The notes below the pieces were generated by a model. It was not told the origin of the DNA, did not search any database, and was given only the letters and a program-made list of their open reading frames with translations. From positions 7,566 through 71,565 of IMG/VR virus record IMGVR_UViG_3300044716_000427: DNA of 64,000 bases; one strand, 5' to 3'. Of this stretch, positions 28,901-38,460 are shown in pieces; the stretch's first letter is position 1, and the number at the start of each line of letters is the position of its first letter. The translations under genes and the position numbers were made by a program. The DNA is from a virus.

Positions 28901-30728
28901 CGTGTATAGCTTGATTGCGGCAGATGAATGGAGGTCTTCAAGCATGGAGCAATTTGTTGGAACTGTTCGGTTTGGTCAGTGGATTTCTGTTCTTGGCGGG
29001 GCCCCTAGCTTGGATGTGGCGGCTCCTTCAGATGGTTGCAGGATTCTTGTTCGCTACAATAGCTACGAGCCAATTCGATTCTTTGGTGGAGATTGCACCG
29101 TTTCTCCTAGCTTGGATGCTTTGTTTAATAGAAATTTTATGTATGGCGGAGATGGTTCTATATCAGGAAACGACCTCTCTAATTCATTTGCCGTAGATGG
29201 TCTTCCGATGCCATACAGAAGGTGGTCAAAAGCTTCCGGGTATGAAGTTCCTCTTATTTCGGCATTGCCAAGCGGAGAAAACATAGCAATGCCCGATAAC
29301 CTTCTATTTGGCCAAAGCGCAAAAAGGCAGTGGGCTGTTTATTGGGACGCTGAACAACGGTCCGCAATTAGGCACTCTTCAAGTTCGGCAAACGGGCCAT
29401 TTGAGTGGCCGAGAATTGGCTACTTGTTAAAGTGGGCCGGATCATGGAGTACAAACATAAATGATGATCTTTACTCGTACCCAACAGATGTAGATGGGTA
29501 TAACCTGAACGCAATATCAAATTCGGCGCTAGGTGGGTTTACTTTAGGTAGTTCAATCAATCCCAACTACATTAAGCAAGCCCCTGTGACTGGATTTGGT
29601 GTCCCGTTTGTAAGTTCGGGCGGCACCTTTGAGGAAAAGTTCTACTTCCCCACCGGGCTCATCGCTTCTGCCGAGTTCAATCAACTTGTACAGGATTCTC
29701 CAAGCTTGAGGACGTTCACCGAGCTGACCTTGAAGACCATCAGCGAGGAGAACGGGGAGATTAAGACCATCGCCTCTGCGCTGGCTGGCGGTGGCCGAAA
29801 CCTCTACGCATGGACCGACAACGGGGTATCTCGCGTCCTGACCAACAAGAACGTGCTTACGGGGGCCTCCGGAGAGCTTATCTCCACTCAAGCGGTAGAG
29901 AATTACTGGGGCGAGGAAATGTGGATCAGTCGGAACATTGGCATTCCTGATCAGATGTGGCAGGCGTTCGTCAAGGGCTACGCCCCAACTGGAGACGGGT
30001 ATGCGGACAACTTCTTCTGGGCCAACCGCAATAGCCTGTATCGCATGGTGGGTGACAGCATCATCGACATTGGTCGCGAGAAGTTCCTTGCGTATATGCT
30101 ACCAATCCTGCGTAACTATCCCCGTACCTATGTCCCGGGAACCAATGGCTTCTACAACGCCAAGTACAACGAGGCGTGGATGTCATTCAATGAGGTACTT
30201 GACGAGAACAACAAGGCGTCAAGGAAGTTGGTGGTCTTCAACCCCGAAATCAACGCTTGGAACGGGTTGTATACGTATGACTTTGATGGATACACTCAGG
30301 TGGGCAATGACGTGTTCGGTCACCGTGAACTACAAACCTTCAAGCTTGACCAAGGGTGGACCATCAATGACGCTACCCGTGAGGCGTCCATCACCGTGCC
30401 AATGGCCGTGGACAGGAACAACGACATGGACAGCTTTAAGGAGTTCATCCGCTGGCGCGTGGTTGGAAGCAAGCCTGACAAAATGCAGATCCTTGACCCT
30501 GACTTCGTGGTCATGTCCCAGATGCCCAATCCCTTGGTCTTCCCTATCAACCCGCTGTGGGTAAAAGAGTACGACGGATGGGAGGGATGGGCAGACAGGA
30601 CCCTTGCATCATACGATTCCCAAAGGAGACTCCCGCAAAAGCGTTATTTTTACCTTCGATTGATCTGGAACAGGGAGGAGGACGTCAATGCCACTTCTCT
30701 GAGTGGACAACTAAAACCGATAAAATAA
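25917..30728 (+). CDS. Tail nozzle/stabilisation (muzzle) protein
   Basis: 1603 aa; N-terminal KGVNTDVLPELMPEG...A.NVR, YQYALRY, C-terminal beta-propeller-like repeats; position after rings. Confidence 0.72.
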   Translation: MPKLLHFPWLRRLLNKGVNTDVLPELMPEGTAREAINVRPGSITGNAGGAEAIKGEDVVYTVPVEQPDPTGYVLIGSCTCNNRLVEFWASESFDFASSTFVPIVRVDGVVVAQSRNIPYVWNRPLQIAVADDFFGTSISANEDANGVVTGRGVVYPADHNSAPLYWDISQLLAFAQSTPQNPAYFGDNYQVGFNSVGLFNTPEFPIHTRNLEVAIGLPVGQYQYALRYVTPAGDRTNIGPWTPLITVPLNQSEIRPWEQSHYPAATTVGGVPEQPSPYGVEIRYRVDNIYGFSGIEVVRKKYNTADNIGTTEVVSITQIQPNENSVITFIDPSDAISDPIAVPDDEANIKIIAVNKPKSVEYSDRRITYANFETFPKIAADVEFIERDGRTIFPVTQGVCTRWFDPDYNPNGPNPRENESNYTYWNDGYSDPVNNTYLKSFMRGERYGIGVMFWNQYTEQSFVREVPLGSASVTNEGYQFPNRRDKRLGRSFVYSGGYQGVSNLSTVQASNDLTGTPGGVVFPTFEAFSQGSVRKNRPTGGGNGQPWSGFGDINRLIFDGSTFSPFGPTNPVVNPTPANNQTRLSQSPNRFGYTTAVENSGSYPTISWSPESAYQVGTASGQQPLTGNIWAPRHYALGGMIEGVSNIPSNTTVMSVMRTAPAGRVVAQGIACWRVGQTGNTPTSSESYTKDRNRLSVLIPDFKNAVVSQSIIDLFETNPSSFGIQFVSPLGFYTEQYSGATRLGGLRIIQSGASDFLSYAGVQWDNGQVVNNGLETDAYTVPSSDAQYVGYGAWRSDAGIASNVWSSEGGNRVFSISNVESITENQFTKWDITISEDIYNYQLAGSGTSVTSNSSSVKNWHEPWYVVNIVIDEAVIPNDSIDKYVETGYHIKTESCIGITPSQNQQDGIYQDFPLLNERRGDVYASYSSVIQAYPSSSPGDAEHNRYVYVDNGLGVKPWLCVTDNFYANVNALGILAALSTDGFFTMPDGVVIYGVYSLIAADEWRSSSMEQFVGTVRFGQWISVLGGAPSLDVAAPSDGCRILVRYNSYEPIRFFGGDCTVSPSLDALFNRNFMYGGDGSISGNDLSNSFAVDGLPMPYRRWSKASGYEVPLISALPSGENIAMPDNLLFGQSAKRQWAVYWDAEQRSAIRHSSSSANGPFEWPRIGYLLKWAGSWSTNINDDLYSYPTDVDGYNLNAISNSALGGFTLGSSINPNYIKQAPVTGFGVPFVSSGGTFEEKFYFPTGLIASAEFNQLVQDSPSLRTFTELTLKTISEENGEIKTIASALAGGGRNLYAWTDNGVSRVLTNKNVLTGASGELISTQAVENYWGEEMWISRNIGIPDQMWQAFVKGYAPTGDGYADNFFWANRNSLYRMVGDSIIDIGREKFLAYMLPILRNYPRTYVPGTNGFYNAKYNEAWMSFNEVLDENNKASRKLVVFNPEINAWNGLYTYDFDGYTQVGNDVFGHRELQTFKLDQGWTINDATREASITVPMAVDRNNDMDSFKEFIRWRVVGSKPDKMQILDPDFVVMSQMPNPLVFPINPLWVKEYDGWEGWADRTLASYDSQRRLPQKRYFYLRLIWNREEDVNATSLSGQLKPIK

Positions 30729-30729
30729 G

Positions 30730-31290
30730 ATGGCTCTACCGCTTATTCTAATGGGAGCTGCCTTTGCAGCCAATGCCGTCACTGCTGGTGTACGGGCAGG
30801 CAAGGCCAATAAGCTTGACAAGAAGTACGAGCAGATGGAGGCGAACCTCCAGCCCGTAAGTCCAGAGCAGATTGAGTATCTCAATCGCGTAAAGTCCCAA
30901 GAAAGGGCTATGCGAATGGGCACCGACATCAGCTCGGCGGTGGGCAGGCGTGGCATAGATCAATCACTATCGACAACGCAACGCAATCTTATGAAGATGG
31001 GCTCTTCAGGAGTTAGCAATATGCTCAGGGCTCAAACTGGAGCAACTCAAGGATATGCCGATCTTGCCGGGCGATCACAGCAGTCGGCAAATCAATTGTT
31101 CATGTTCCAGCATCCGATCATTGAGGGGATGAGCAAGGCTAGGTACGACCTTGAGCGCAGCAAGTCTCAGCGAGTAATGGCTCAAGGCGCAATGATGCGT
31201 CAGGGCGCTAACGAGGCAATGAGTGCTGCTGTTGGCAGTCTTGCAGCCGGTGCAGACTATGCAACCGGAGGAACCGGCGGACTCGGATAA
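30730..31290 (+). CDS. Small internal virion/ejection protein
   Basis: Hydrophobic Ala/Gly N-terminus then Q/R/A-rich helices. Confidence 0.7.
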   Translation: MALPLILMGAAFAANAVTAGVRAGKANKLDKKYEQMEANLQPVSPEQIEYLNRVKSQERAMRMGTDISSAVGRRGIDQSLSTTQRNLMKMGSSGVSNMLRAQTGATQGYADLAGRSQQSANQLFMFQHPIIEGMSKARYDLERSKSQRVMAQGAMMRQGANEAMSAAVGSLAAGADYATGGTGGLG

Positions 31291-31302
31291 AACTTGAGAA
31301 CA

Positions 31303-33204
31303 ATGGCTTTATTAGATAATATTAGACAAGTCGTCAGGAGTGCAGGCGGTGCAGCCCCTGATCAGTTATTCCCAATAGAAACTGATAATAGGAGGGACGC
31401 GCCCATCATTGATCAAGAGGCGGCGGACCAAGCGGCGGCAGCCCAAGCGGCTGCTGATGAAGCCGCACAAAATCAAGGGTATTCCTATTCTCCCCCACAG
31501 CAACAACAAGTCCAATCCGCCACATATACCAACGAGGACTTCTATCCCGGCCCAGCCGACCCCGCTCAGTTCGCATTTAGGGAAGGATTGCAAGTGGTTG
31601 CTCGTCCCGGACGTATGCCGATGGGAGCAATTGCCAAGGCGGCTGCATCAATCGAGCGAAAAAGGCAGCAGACAAATCAAGCGAAGGATGAAATAGCCGA
31701 CCTTATTAACAGGAGGGTTAATATCAAGGACCCTAATAGGCAGCAGGCTTTTAATGAGTATGCTAGCGGCGTCGTTCAAGAGCAGCTTGAAGGCTTTGCT
31801 GATTCGGAAATACAAGCAGCCGCGCAAGCAGAGAAGGATAAAATACAAAAGAAGGCTGATAAGATTAGAAAAATTCAGACTAAGAGCAGACTTATTGATA
31901 AGATTGGTCTAGGCGAAGTATTTGATCAGGAGGAGAAGAAGAAGAAAATGCTTGTTGATGCTGAGAAAAGGACAGCGCAACTGGTCGGCATGGAAGATGC
32001 CTTGAAAGATGCATTTTTCAAAGACCCAAATAAGGTTAATAAACTATACGCTGAAGTAGCAAAAGACCCAAGGAAGAGGGGGATTTTACTTGAAAAAATG
32101 CGTCAGCTTGAGGCGTATGGCAGGGTGATGGACAAGAACTATGAAGAGGCAAAAAAGTATTATGAGGATTACCGTAATCCTTCAAAGGAATTTGTCCGAG
32201 ACGAGTATCTTCGTTCGCGGGCAGAGCGCATCTTAAATCCCGATTTCTATGGAACGAAAGATGGAGAAATTGTCTATGAGGGTAAAATTGAAGACTTGCT
32301 AGCAGACAATACTGCTTATAATAGGGCAGTAACCCTTAACGACTATTTCCAAAGGCAGGTTTTGAATTCTGCAAATCAAGTCAGTTTTGCCACAAAAACA
32401 TATGACCCAGTATCTAAAGCAGGATACTGGCTTGTTAAGGACGGAAAAGATTGGGAAGATTTCAAAGATGTGCAATCCATTGAGCTTGCAAACAGAGCTC
32501 CTGAAGCACTTCAGGATTATTGGGAAAAGAAAACCGGAGAAAAGATTAGCAATGATGCGGACCTTAAAAAGGCGGCAAAGGACTATTTAGATGGAATGCT
32601 TCCGGCCAAATATGAGCAGAAGATGACCGTAAAGCCTGTTAGCGGCGGGGGCGGTGGAGGTGACAACAAAACCGAGTATGCTACTGGGGGCGTCGCCAAT
32701 ACCGAAACGATTATACCTGATGCAGCTCAAGCATATGGGATGACTCCAATGCAGGGCGGCACTATGAGTATCCTTGCTGTTCCGCTGTCAATGACCACTG
32801 GCGGCAAGGCCGTTACCCCCGAACCGTTAGATTTCCAAAAAGGAAATAAGAATGTTACGATGATTCCGCTGAGGGTCGAGATGAATAAAGCAAACGGTCT
32901 GGCTTACGTGGTTGGACTTGATGCCAATGATGAGACCGTAAATAATATAATAAAAAAGGAAGGAGAGATTGATTCTTGGGAGATGGAAGCATCGGGCCTC
33001 ACGATTAAGACAACAGGTTCTGACGGCAAGGTAACCACTAGAAAAATAACAAGCAAACCAATTGTGTATGTCCCTATCAACGGGTCAGCCCCAGATGCAA
33101 ACTATAACTTGCTTCGATTGCGTGACAACTGGACTGGCGTAGAGGCGTTACTTAGAGAGAATATGGCGGCACCAAACCCTTCAGCCGGACTTCCGGTTCG
33201 GTAA
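31303..33204 (+). CDS. Internal virion/ejection protein
   Basis: Helical, charged, Gly-run linker; in the ejection cluster. Confidence 0.7.
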   Translation: MALLDNIRQVVRSAGGAAPDQLFPIETDNRRDAPIIDQEAADQAAAAQAAADEAAQNQGYSYSPPQQQQVQSATYTNEDFYPGPADPAQFAFREGLQVVARPGRMPMGAIAKAAASIERKRQQTNQAKDEIADLINRRVNIKDPNRQQAFNEYASGVVQEQLEGFADSEIQAAAQAEKDKIQKKADKIRKIQTKSRLIDKIGLGEVFDQEEKKKKMLVDAEKRTAQLVGMEDALKDAFFKDPNKVNKLYAEVAKDPRKRGILLEKMRQLEAYGRVMDKNYEEAKKYYEDYRNPSKEFVRDEYLRSRAERILNPDFYGTKDGEIVYEGKIEDLLADNTAYNRAVTLNDYFQRQVLNSANQVSFATKTYDPVSKAGYWLVKDGKDWEDFKDVQSIELANRAPEALQDYWEKKTGEKISNDADLKKAAKDYLDGMLPAKYEQKMTVKPVSGGGGGGDNKTEYATGGVANTETIIPDAAQAYGMTPMQGGTMSILAVPLSMTTGGKAVTPEPLDFQKGNKNVTMIPLRVEMNKANGLAYVVGLDANDETVNNIIKKEGEIDSWEMEASGLTIKTTGSDGKVTTRKITSKPIVYVPINGSAPDANYNLLRLRDNWTGVEALLRENMAAPNPSAGLPVR

Positions 33205-33216
33205 AAACAAGGCAAA

Positions 33217-36200
33217 ATGAGAAATCAAACCAAGGATGACAGGTACATGATTGTAACCCTGCCCAATGGCAGGCAGATGGAAGTGCCTAAAAACGCGACC
33301 CAAGTACTGGTTGCAAAAGAGGCGATAGCGGCGGGGTACATTTCAGAGGAAGAGATGTACCGGGGCAACAAGCCACTTGCCGATGCAATGGGCTACAAGG
33401 GTCCGCGTCAGCAGACTCCGCAAGTGCAGGGAATTGAAGACCCAACATCTTCCACAGAGCCCTTTAGTGGCCCTTTTGGCTCCGCCCCCTCTTCCGAAAT
33501 GGGGCAAACTTCGTTAAATGGTTTCGAGGGGGAAGAGTCCTTGAAGCCGTCTTCTATTGGCTCGGCAGGTCCTGCGGCTGGTGCTCAAGGGCGCCTTTCT
33601 TTGTCTCCCGATGCTACGCAGTTTCAGCGAGGTCCTTCCGCAGTGGCTGGAACTCCTCCACCAGCCAAACAGCCGCCTCCTCCTGAACGGCCTCAGGGCT
33701 CAGTATTTATTGGACGCGATGGAAGGCGAGTTGAAATACCGCAAGATGGTACTACTCGTTTTGCAATGGGCGGAGGCAGGATGGTGCCAGTTACCCGGCA
33801 AGAAGACCCGTGGACAAAAAGTATAGGAGAGTTTCGGAACAAGTCACCAGAACTTTTGGCAAGGGAGGGGGTGTTTATTCGCGAGTATTTAAGGGGATTG
33901 GAATTTTATAAGGATTTTAATGATCAGTATTTAGAAAGGTCATCAAATCGATCAGATAAGCTAGAGCCAAGGCTACAGGCGCTGTATGATAAAGAAACGG
34001 GTAGGATTGCCGAAGAAACTGTAAAATGGAAAAAATATATTGAAAAATACGAGCCATATATTTCTTCAACAATAAGCCAAGACATAGATAAGTTAGCTTC
34101 TTCAGAAAAGGCGCGAGATTTTTATACTATTGACAAAAATGGAGCTATCGATGTTGACCCTCAAAAGGTTTCCAAATATGTAGACAATGCCTTGGCGGCC
34201 TATGGCGTGAAGGATACTCCGAATTTGGATATGCGAGACATGTGGACAAAGTCCGCAATGGCGTCCATTGAGTCTGTCGAAAGGCAAAAAGCGGGGATGA
34301 AGAAAGTCGAGGAGGCTTATGGCGAGGTTGAAAGCAAGTTGGTAAAGCCCCCTGATATTGATGCGCCGAGGAAGAAAATTGAATCTATAGCAAATAAGTA
34401 CAGCGAAAAAGCCAAGCAAGAAATTGACGCATTTGACAAGGATGTTGTATCCCCTCAGCGGCAGCAACTTGAAAGTGAGTACAATAATGCTTTTAGTTTT
34501 ATTCAAAAAGAAGCGGAAAAAATAGGCTCCATTTACTCTTCTGGTGGGATGAGTAAAGAGCAGTATGATGCAGCATATTCTAAATTAGAATCACAGGCAA
34601 AAGAGACGGAGGGCGCTTACAAGCAGAAGTACTCCGACCTTGTAAAGGCCGTTGAGCAAAGGGTCGCTTCCGTCAATTTTAGGTGGAACCAATCCTATCG
34701 GACAGAAGCTCAGGCCGAGCAAGATGCATACAATGCAAGCATAGATGCATTTAACAAGCAGCTTCAGGCCACATACGAAAGCCCTGAAGTTCGTTTGAAA
34801 ATAAAACAAGCGTACAAAGAAGGATATCAGCAGCAGGCCGAAAAAGAGCTAAGGGCTCAGGAAAGGTCCGACAAGGAGAGGTACGAGAAAGGCATTGATC
34901 CATTTGATATGAGTTCTGGTGTCGCCGCACTGGATAGGTACACCAATCCGTTTGCCACCATGCCCTTTAATCGCCAAATGGCAAGGCTGTCAGAGCGATA
35001 CGTAAAGGGCCTTTCAAGTGCTGTCAAATCCTTTGGCACCGCTCTTGGCTCTACCGACTTGTATGAAGTCGGTCTTGCCGGTGAGAATAAGTGGAATCTT
35101 CCGCAGCTTGAGAACAAGGGGATGAAAGACCTTGGCTCACTGGCTTGGTTTGAGAGGCAGGCGGAGCTTGGTGGGTATATGACGCCCGGTATCGGAGCCA
35201 CTGCCCTTACTGCCGCAGCAACTGCTCCTATGGGCGGCAGCGGGGCTGCTTTGACTGGAAGGTTCTTGCTCTCTGGCTTCTCTGGATGGGTAAGCGAAAC
35301 CGGGCAGATAACAGCGAGCGTTAGGTCCAATGTCCTTGAGGCTACTGGAAGCATTGAGAAGGCCAACAAGGCTGCGGAAAGGGCCTTTGACTCACAAGTT
35401 GCCATCTCTGCTTCGTATCTCCTTGAGGGCGCCCCGTTCATCAAGATACCGTTTCTGAAAGCAGGGAGGGTTATGTCCACTCTTACTGGATTTGGCGCGG
35501 AATACGGACAGGAGTTGTTTTTGCAAGAAGGACCACAGCAAATCGCTGAGAAGCGAATTATGGCAGAAGCCAAGGGCGATATCAAGCTCGGCGAAGGGCT
35601 TATGGCCGCTTACGACAACTTTTATCAAGGGGTTGCGGATATGATGGCCCCCGTAGAGACCATCACCGGCACCAAGCCAAGCGAGTTTGAGCAATTGGCT
35701 GTAGACCTTATCGGTATAGGTGGTATGGGTGCCGTTGGAGGGTACAGGGACGTTGGCGCTCGAAACAGGCAAACGGCCAATGACATAAAGTCATTGCTTG
35801 CCAACGATGTTATTGCAGAAAGAATAAAGAATGGAGACTTCCAATGGATAAATTCAATTGTTGAGTCTAGGGGAGAGGCGTTTGCTAGTTCTCTTGTTGG
35901 CCAGTTCCACGTTGCTGGGCAGATTACCAACGAGCAAAAGGTAAAGTTTGATAGGAACATTGAGTCCGCTGCCATTCTTCAGGATGACGTGCAGAGGCTT
36001 GGTCTGAAGGGTGATGAGGCCCTTGTTTACAAGGCTCTTGCCGGGAGAGCTTCGGCTGCTCTTGAAGTAGCTAAAAGCGAAGAGAAGGACATTATTAAAA
36101 AAGTACACGAGGCCGAGGCTAGGGAGCTTGAGCGTCAGATGGAAAGCATTGCCATGGGCAATGGGTTTACCGGAGCCGTAGTAACTACGCCCAATGGCAA

Positions 36201-37941
36201 GAAGATATTTATGGCCGAAAAAGAATTCAAGGATGCTGTCAATGACACTGAGTTCTTGGGCACAGTTGCAATGCTCGGGTTGCAGAGAAATGGCGGAATT
36301 CAGATAACTAACTATGGCCCCGGATCAGATGTGGCCCTTACTGAATTTTGGGAAAATGTAATTGAGGTGCAGAACGGGATGTCCAGAGACGTTGGCGCTG
36401 TCAATAAAAAATATGGAACCGTTGTTGACTACGTTGTAAACACTTCCAGCCCAGAACAGAGCGGCATAAAGGTCATGGCGGAGGGTCGTCCAGAGGACAA
36501 GGCCAATGCCGAAGCTTTGTTGCACAGGATTGGATATAATGTTATCGGGTACACGCCCCCTGCCAAGGTTGAGCCAATAACCGAAGAGGAGCTTGTAGCG
36601 GAGACCGTTAAATCAACAAAGCCAACTGCTGAAGCTCCTTCAGTTGTTGCAGAAGAAGAATTTACAATTGATGATGCCAAGGAGCTTGTTGGGAAGGTTG
36701 TTGAATATCGCGGGCAAGAGGGGTATCTAGATATTGATGAGGGCGGCAAAACTACGTTCACTGTCGTAGGTGGAGGCAAAATCTACGAGATAGGCACTGA
36801 GGAGGACATGCAAGCATTGGCCAACGTGACCGAGGTGCCCATCGATAACGTGGTCAACGAGGATGGCTCCATTACCATTGGCAACAAAACATTCGTGGCC
36901 GATATTGGAGCAGCAGACATCACCCGGGACAATGATGGAGGGATATACTCAGTTGAGATAGAGACCGATGATGGCGTCAAGACCTTCTATGGCGACTTGG
37001 CTGCGACCATCATTTACGAGAATCAGCTACGCACGGTAAGGCAGGATGAGAACCTTCTTGCTCAAATAGAAACAAACATCACTACAGATGCAGAAATCAA
37101 GTCCCTCATCGAACAAGAGCGAGACAAGCAAAAGCGTCGCCTCGCGAGGAGAAAAGCTAGAAAGGGCGCTAAGGGGCCTGTCTCCCAGCGCGAAACTAAA
37201 GGTACTAGAACTGGCGATGGAAAAGAGCAGGCAGCAGAAGTAGAGGGAGAGGCCAAGGATTGGACCAAGGAAGAGATGGACGAGTTTAATGCTCTGATGG
37301 AGCGGGAAGAACTTGACACCATTGAGAAGAGGATGGCTGATTTTGTGGCTGAGAACAAGAAACACTTCAGCACGACCAAGGGCGGCGTGAACACTATTCG
37401 CATGAAGGCGCCCAAGGCCGTCAAGAAGGCATGGGCCGACATGCAGGACACCCTTGAGTACAAGAAGCTTCGGGAAGCAGAACAAGAACAAACACCAACA
37501 GCAGATGCCGTACAAGAGCGAACAACAGAGGAAGTGGGCGCACAGCCCGTCGGGCCAGAAGTCACTGGGCAAGAAGGGGGTGCAGGAGTGGGACCGAGCG
37601 TCCAAGGGCCTACAGCTCCCCAAGCGGGCGGGCCGCAAGGGCAAGTAGCCCCTACTACCGAACCTGCTGCCGAAGGCCCCGTAAGGCCGGAGGCACCCGC
37701 AGGGCCAGCCCCCGCTACTGCTCCTACGCCCAACAAAAAGACAGTTGCCAAGATGAAGGACCTCGCCAAGGCGGAGAGTGGAACCGAGACCAATAATGAT
37801 AGCCGAAAAGCCAAGGCGCAGAAAAAAGTCGATGCGCTTCTTAATTCAGATGCTAGACTAATGGAAGTAAGAGATAACTTTGACAAAGCCGTTGAGGAAC
37901 TAGAAAAAGCAGGCAAACTTCAGGTAAGCTGCCGCAAGTAA
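33217..37941 (+). CDS. Giant internal virion/ejection protein (1574 aa)
   Basis: Coiled coils, central Gly/Ala hydrophobic segment, ends LQVSCRK. Confidence 0.75.
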   Translation: MRNQTKDDRYMIVTLPNGRQMEVPKNATQVLVAKEAIAAGYISEEEMYRGNKPLADAMGYKGPRQQTPQVQGIEDPTSSTEPFSGPFGSAPSSEMGQTSLNGFEGEESLKPSSIGSAGPAAGAQGRLSLSPDATQFQRGPSAVAGTPPPAKQPPPPERPQGSVFIGRDGRRVEIPQDGTTRFAMGGGRMVPVTRQEDPWTKSIGEFRNKSPELLAREGVFIREYLRGLEFYKDFNDQYLERSSNRSDKLEPRLQALYDKETGRIAEETVKWKKYIEKYEPYISSTISQDIDKLASSEKARDFYTIDKNGAIDVDPQKVSKYVDNALAAYGVKDTPNLDMRDMWTKSAMASIESVERQKAGMKKVEEAYGEVESKLVKPPDIDAPRKKIESIANKYSEKAKQEIDAFDKDVVSPQRQQLESEYNNAFSFIQKEAEKIGSIYSSGGMSKEQYDAAYSKLESQAKETEGAYKQKYSDLVKAVEQRVASVNFRWNQSYRTEAQAEQDAYNASIDAFNKQLQATYESPEVRLKIKQAYKEGYQQQAEKELRAQERSDKERYEKGIDPFDMSSGVAALDRYTNPFATMPFNRQMARLSERYVKGLSSAVKSFGTALGSTDLYEVGLAGENKWNLPQLENKGMKDLGSLAWFERQAELGGYMTPGIGATALTAAATAPMGGSGAALTGRFLLSGFSGWVSETGQITASVRSNVLEATGSIEKANKAAERAFDSQVAISASYLLEGAPFIKIPFLKAGRVMSTLTGFGAEYGQELFLQEGPQQIAEKRIMAEAKGDIKLGEGLMAAYDNFYQGVADMMAPVETITGTKPSEFEQLAVDLIGIGGMGAVGGYRDVGARNRQTANDIKSLLANDVIAERIKNGDFQWINSIVESRGEAFASSLVGQFHVAGQITNEQKVKFDRNIESAAILQDDVQRLGLKGDEALVYKALAGRASAALEVAKSEEKDIIKKVHEAEARELERQMESIAMGNGFTGAVVTTPNGKKIFMAEKEFKDAVNDTEFLGTVAMLGLQRNGGIQITNYGPGSDVALTEFWENVIEVQNGMSRDVGAVNKKYGTVVDYVVNTSSPEQSGIKVMAEGRPEDKANAEALLHRIGYNVIGYTPPAKVEPITEEELVAETVKSTKPTAEAPSVVAEEEFTIDDAKELVGKVVEYRGQEGYLDIDEGGKTTFTVVGGGKIYEIGTEEDMQALANVTEVPIDNVVNEDGSITIGNKTFVADIGAADITRDNDGGIYSVEIETDDGVKTFYGDLAATIIYENQLRTVRQDENLLAQIETNITTDAEIKSLIEQERDKQKRRLARRKARKGAKGPVSQRETKGTRTGDGKEQAAEVEGEAKDWTKEEMDEFNALMEREELDTIEKRMADFVAENKKHFSTTKGGVNTIRMKAPKAVKKAWADMQDTLEYKKLREAEQEQTPTADAVQERTTEEVGAQPVGPEVTGQEGGAGVGPSVQGPTAPQAGGPQGQVAPTTEPAAEGPVRPEAPAGPAPATAPTPNKKTVAKMKDLAKAESGTETNNDSRKAKAQKKVDALLNSDARLMEVRDNFDKAVEELEKAGKLQVSCRK
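37088..37243 (+). CDS. Overprinted 51-aa ORF in the +1 frame
   Basis: MQKSSPSSNKSETSKSVASRGEKLERALRGLSPSAKLKVLELAMEKSRQQK; A-rich leader. Confidence 0.45.
   Translation: MQKSSPSSNKSETSKSVASRGEKLERALRGLSPSAKLKVLELAMEKSRQQK
37505..37648 (+). CDS. Overprinted 47-aa basic protein in the +1 frame
   Basis: MPYKSEQQRKWAHSPSGQKSLGKKGVQEWDRASKGLQLPKRAGRKGK resembles small phage MP(F/Y)KS..Q...W....KG..LP proteins; A/C-rich leader. Confidence 0.7.
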   Translation: MPYKSEQQRKWAHSPSGQKSLGKKGVQEWDRASKGLQLPKRAGRKGK

Positions 37942-37953
37942 ACTTTAAGTACA

Positions 37954-38460
37954 ATGCCCGTAAAAACACCCAAAACACTCGATAAGCTGGTCGTATCCAA
38001 ACTCCTTGAGCGTCTCAAGGACGAGTACGATGCCATGTACTTTTACACCTCCGTAGCCAACTGGTGCCAAGGGAAGGGGTATGAGGAGGCTGCAAAGTTC
38101 TTCCTCAAGGAGGCGGATAATGAGAAGGGCCACGCCAACAAGATTGAGAAGTACGTCACCGACTGGAACGTGTTCTTTGAGCTCCCAACCATCGACCAGC
38201 CCAACAAGGAGTACCGTGGCTTGATCGACGTGGTGGAGCAAGCCTACGACATTGAGTACGCCCTGTACGAAGCCTACGAGGAGACATCCAAGGAGATGTT
38301 CTCCCTTGACCTGTGTGTGTTCGACTTCCTCACCCCGCTGCGTCTTGGTCAGAATGAGAGCGTGATCGAGTACAGCGACATGCTCAACGAGCTTCAGACC
38401 ATCGCTGCTGACGTAAATAGTTTCGCCCTCTACTACTGGCAAAAAGAGAAGTTTAAGTAA
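37954..38460 (+). CDS. Non-haem ferritin-like protein
   Basis: E24, Y31, E57, H60, E101, Q133 line up with FtnA ferroxidase ligands; four-helix length. Confidence 0.88.
   Translation: MPVKTPKTLDKLVVSKLLERLKDEYDAMYFYTSVANWCQGKGYEEAAKFFLKEADNEKGHANKIEKYVTDWNVFFELPTIDQPNKEYRGLIDVVEQAYDIEYALYEAYEETSKEMFSLDLCVFDFLTPLRLGQNESVIEYSDMLNELQTIAADVNSFALYYWQKEKFK

Noticed and set aside
33557-33826. Other +1-frame ORFs inside ejection genes (also 31409-31696)
   Set aside because: Non-ATG starts, no A/C-rich leader, composition explained by host-frame codon bias
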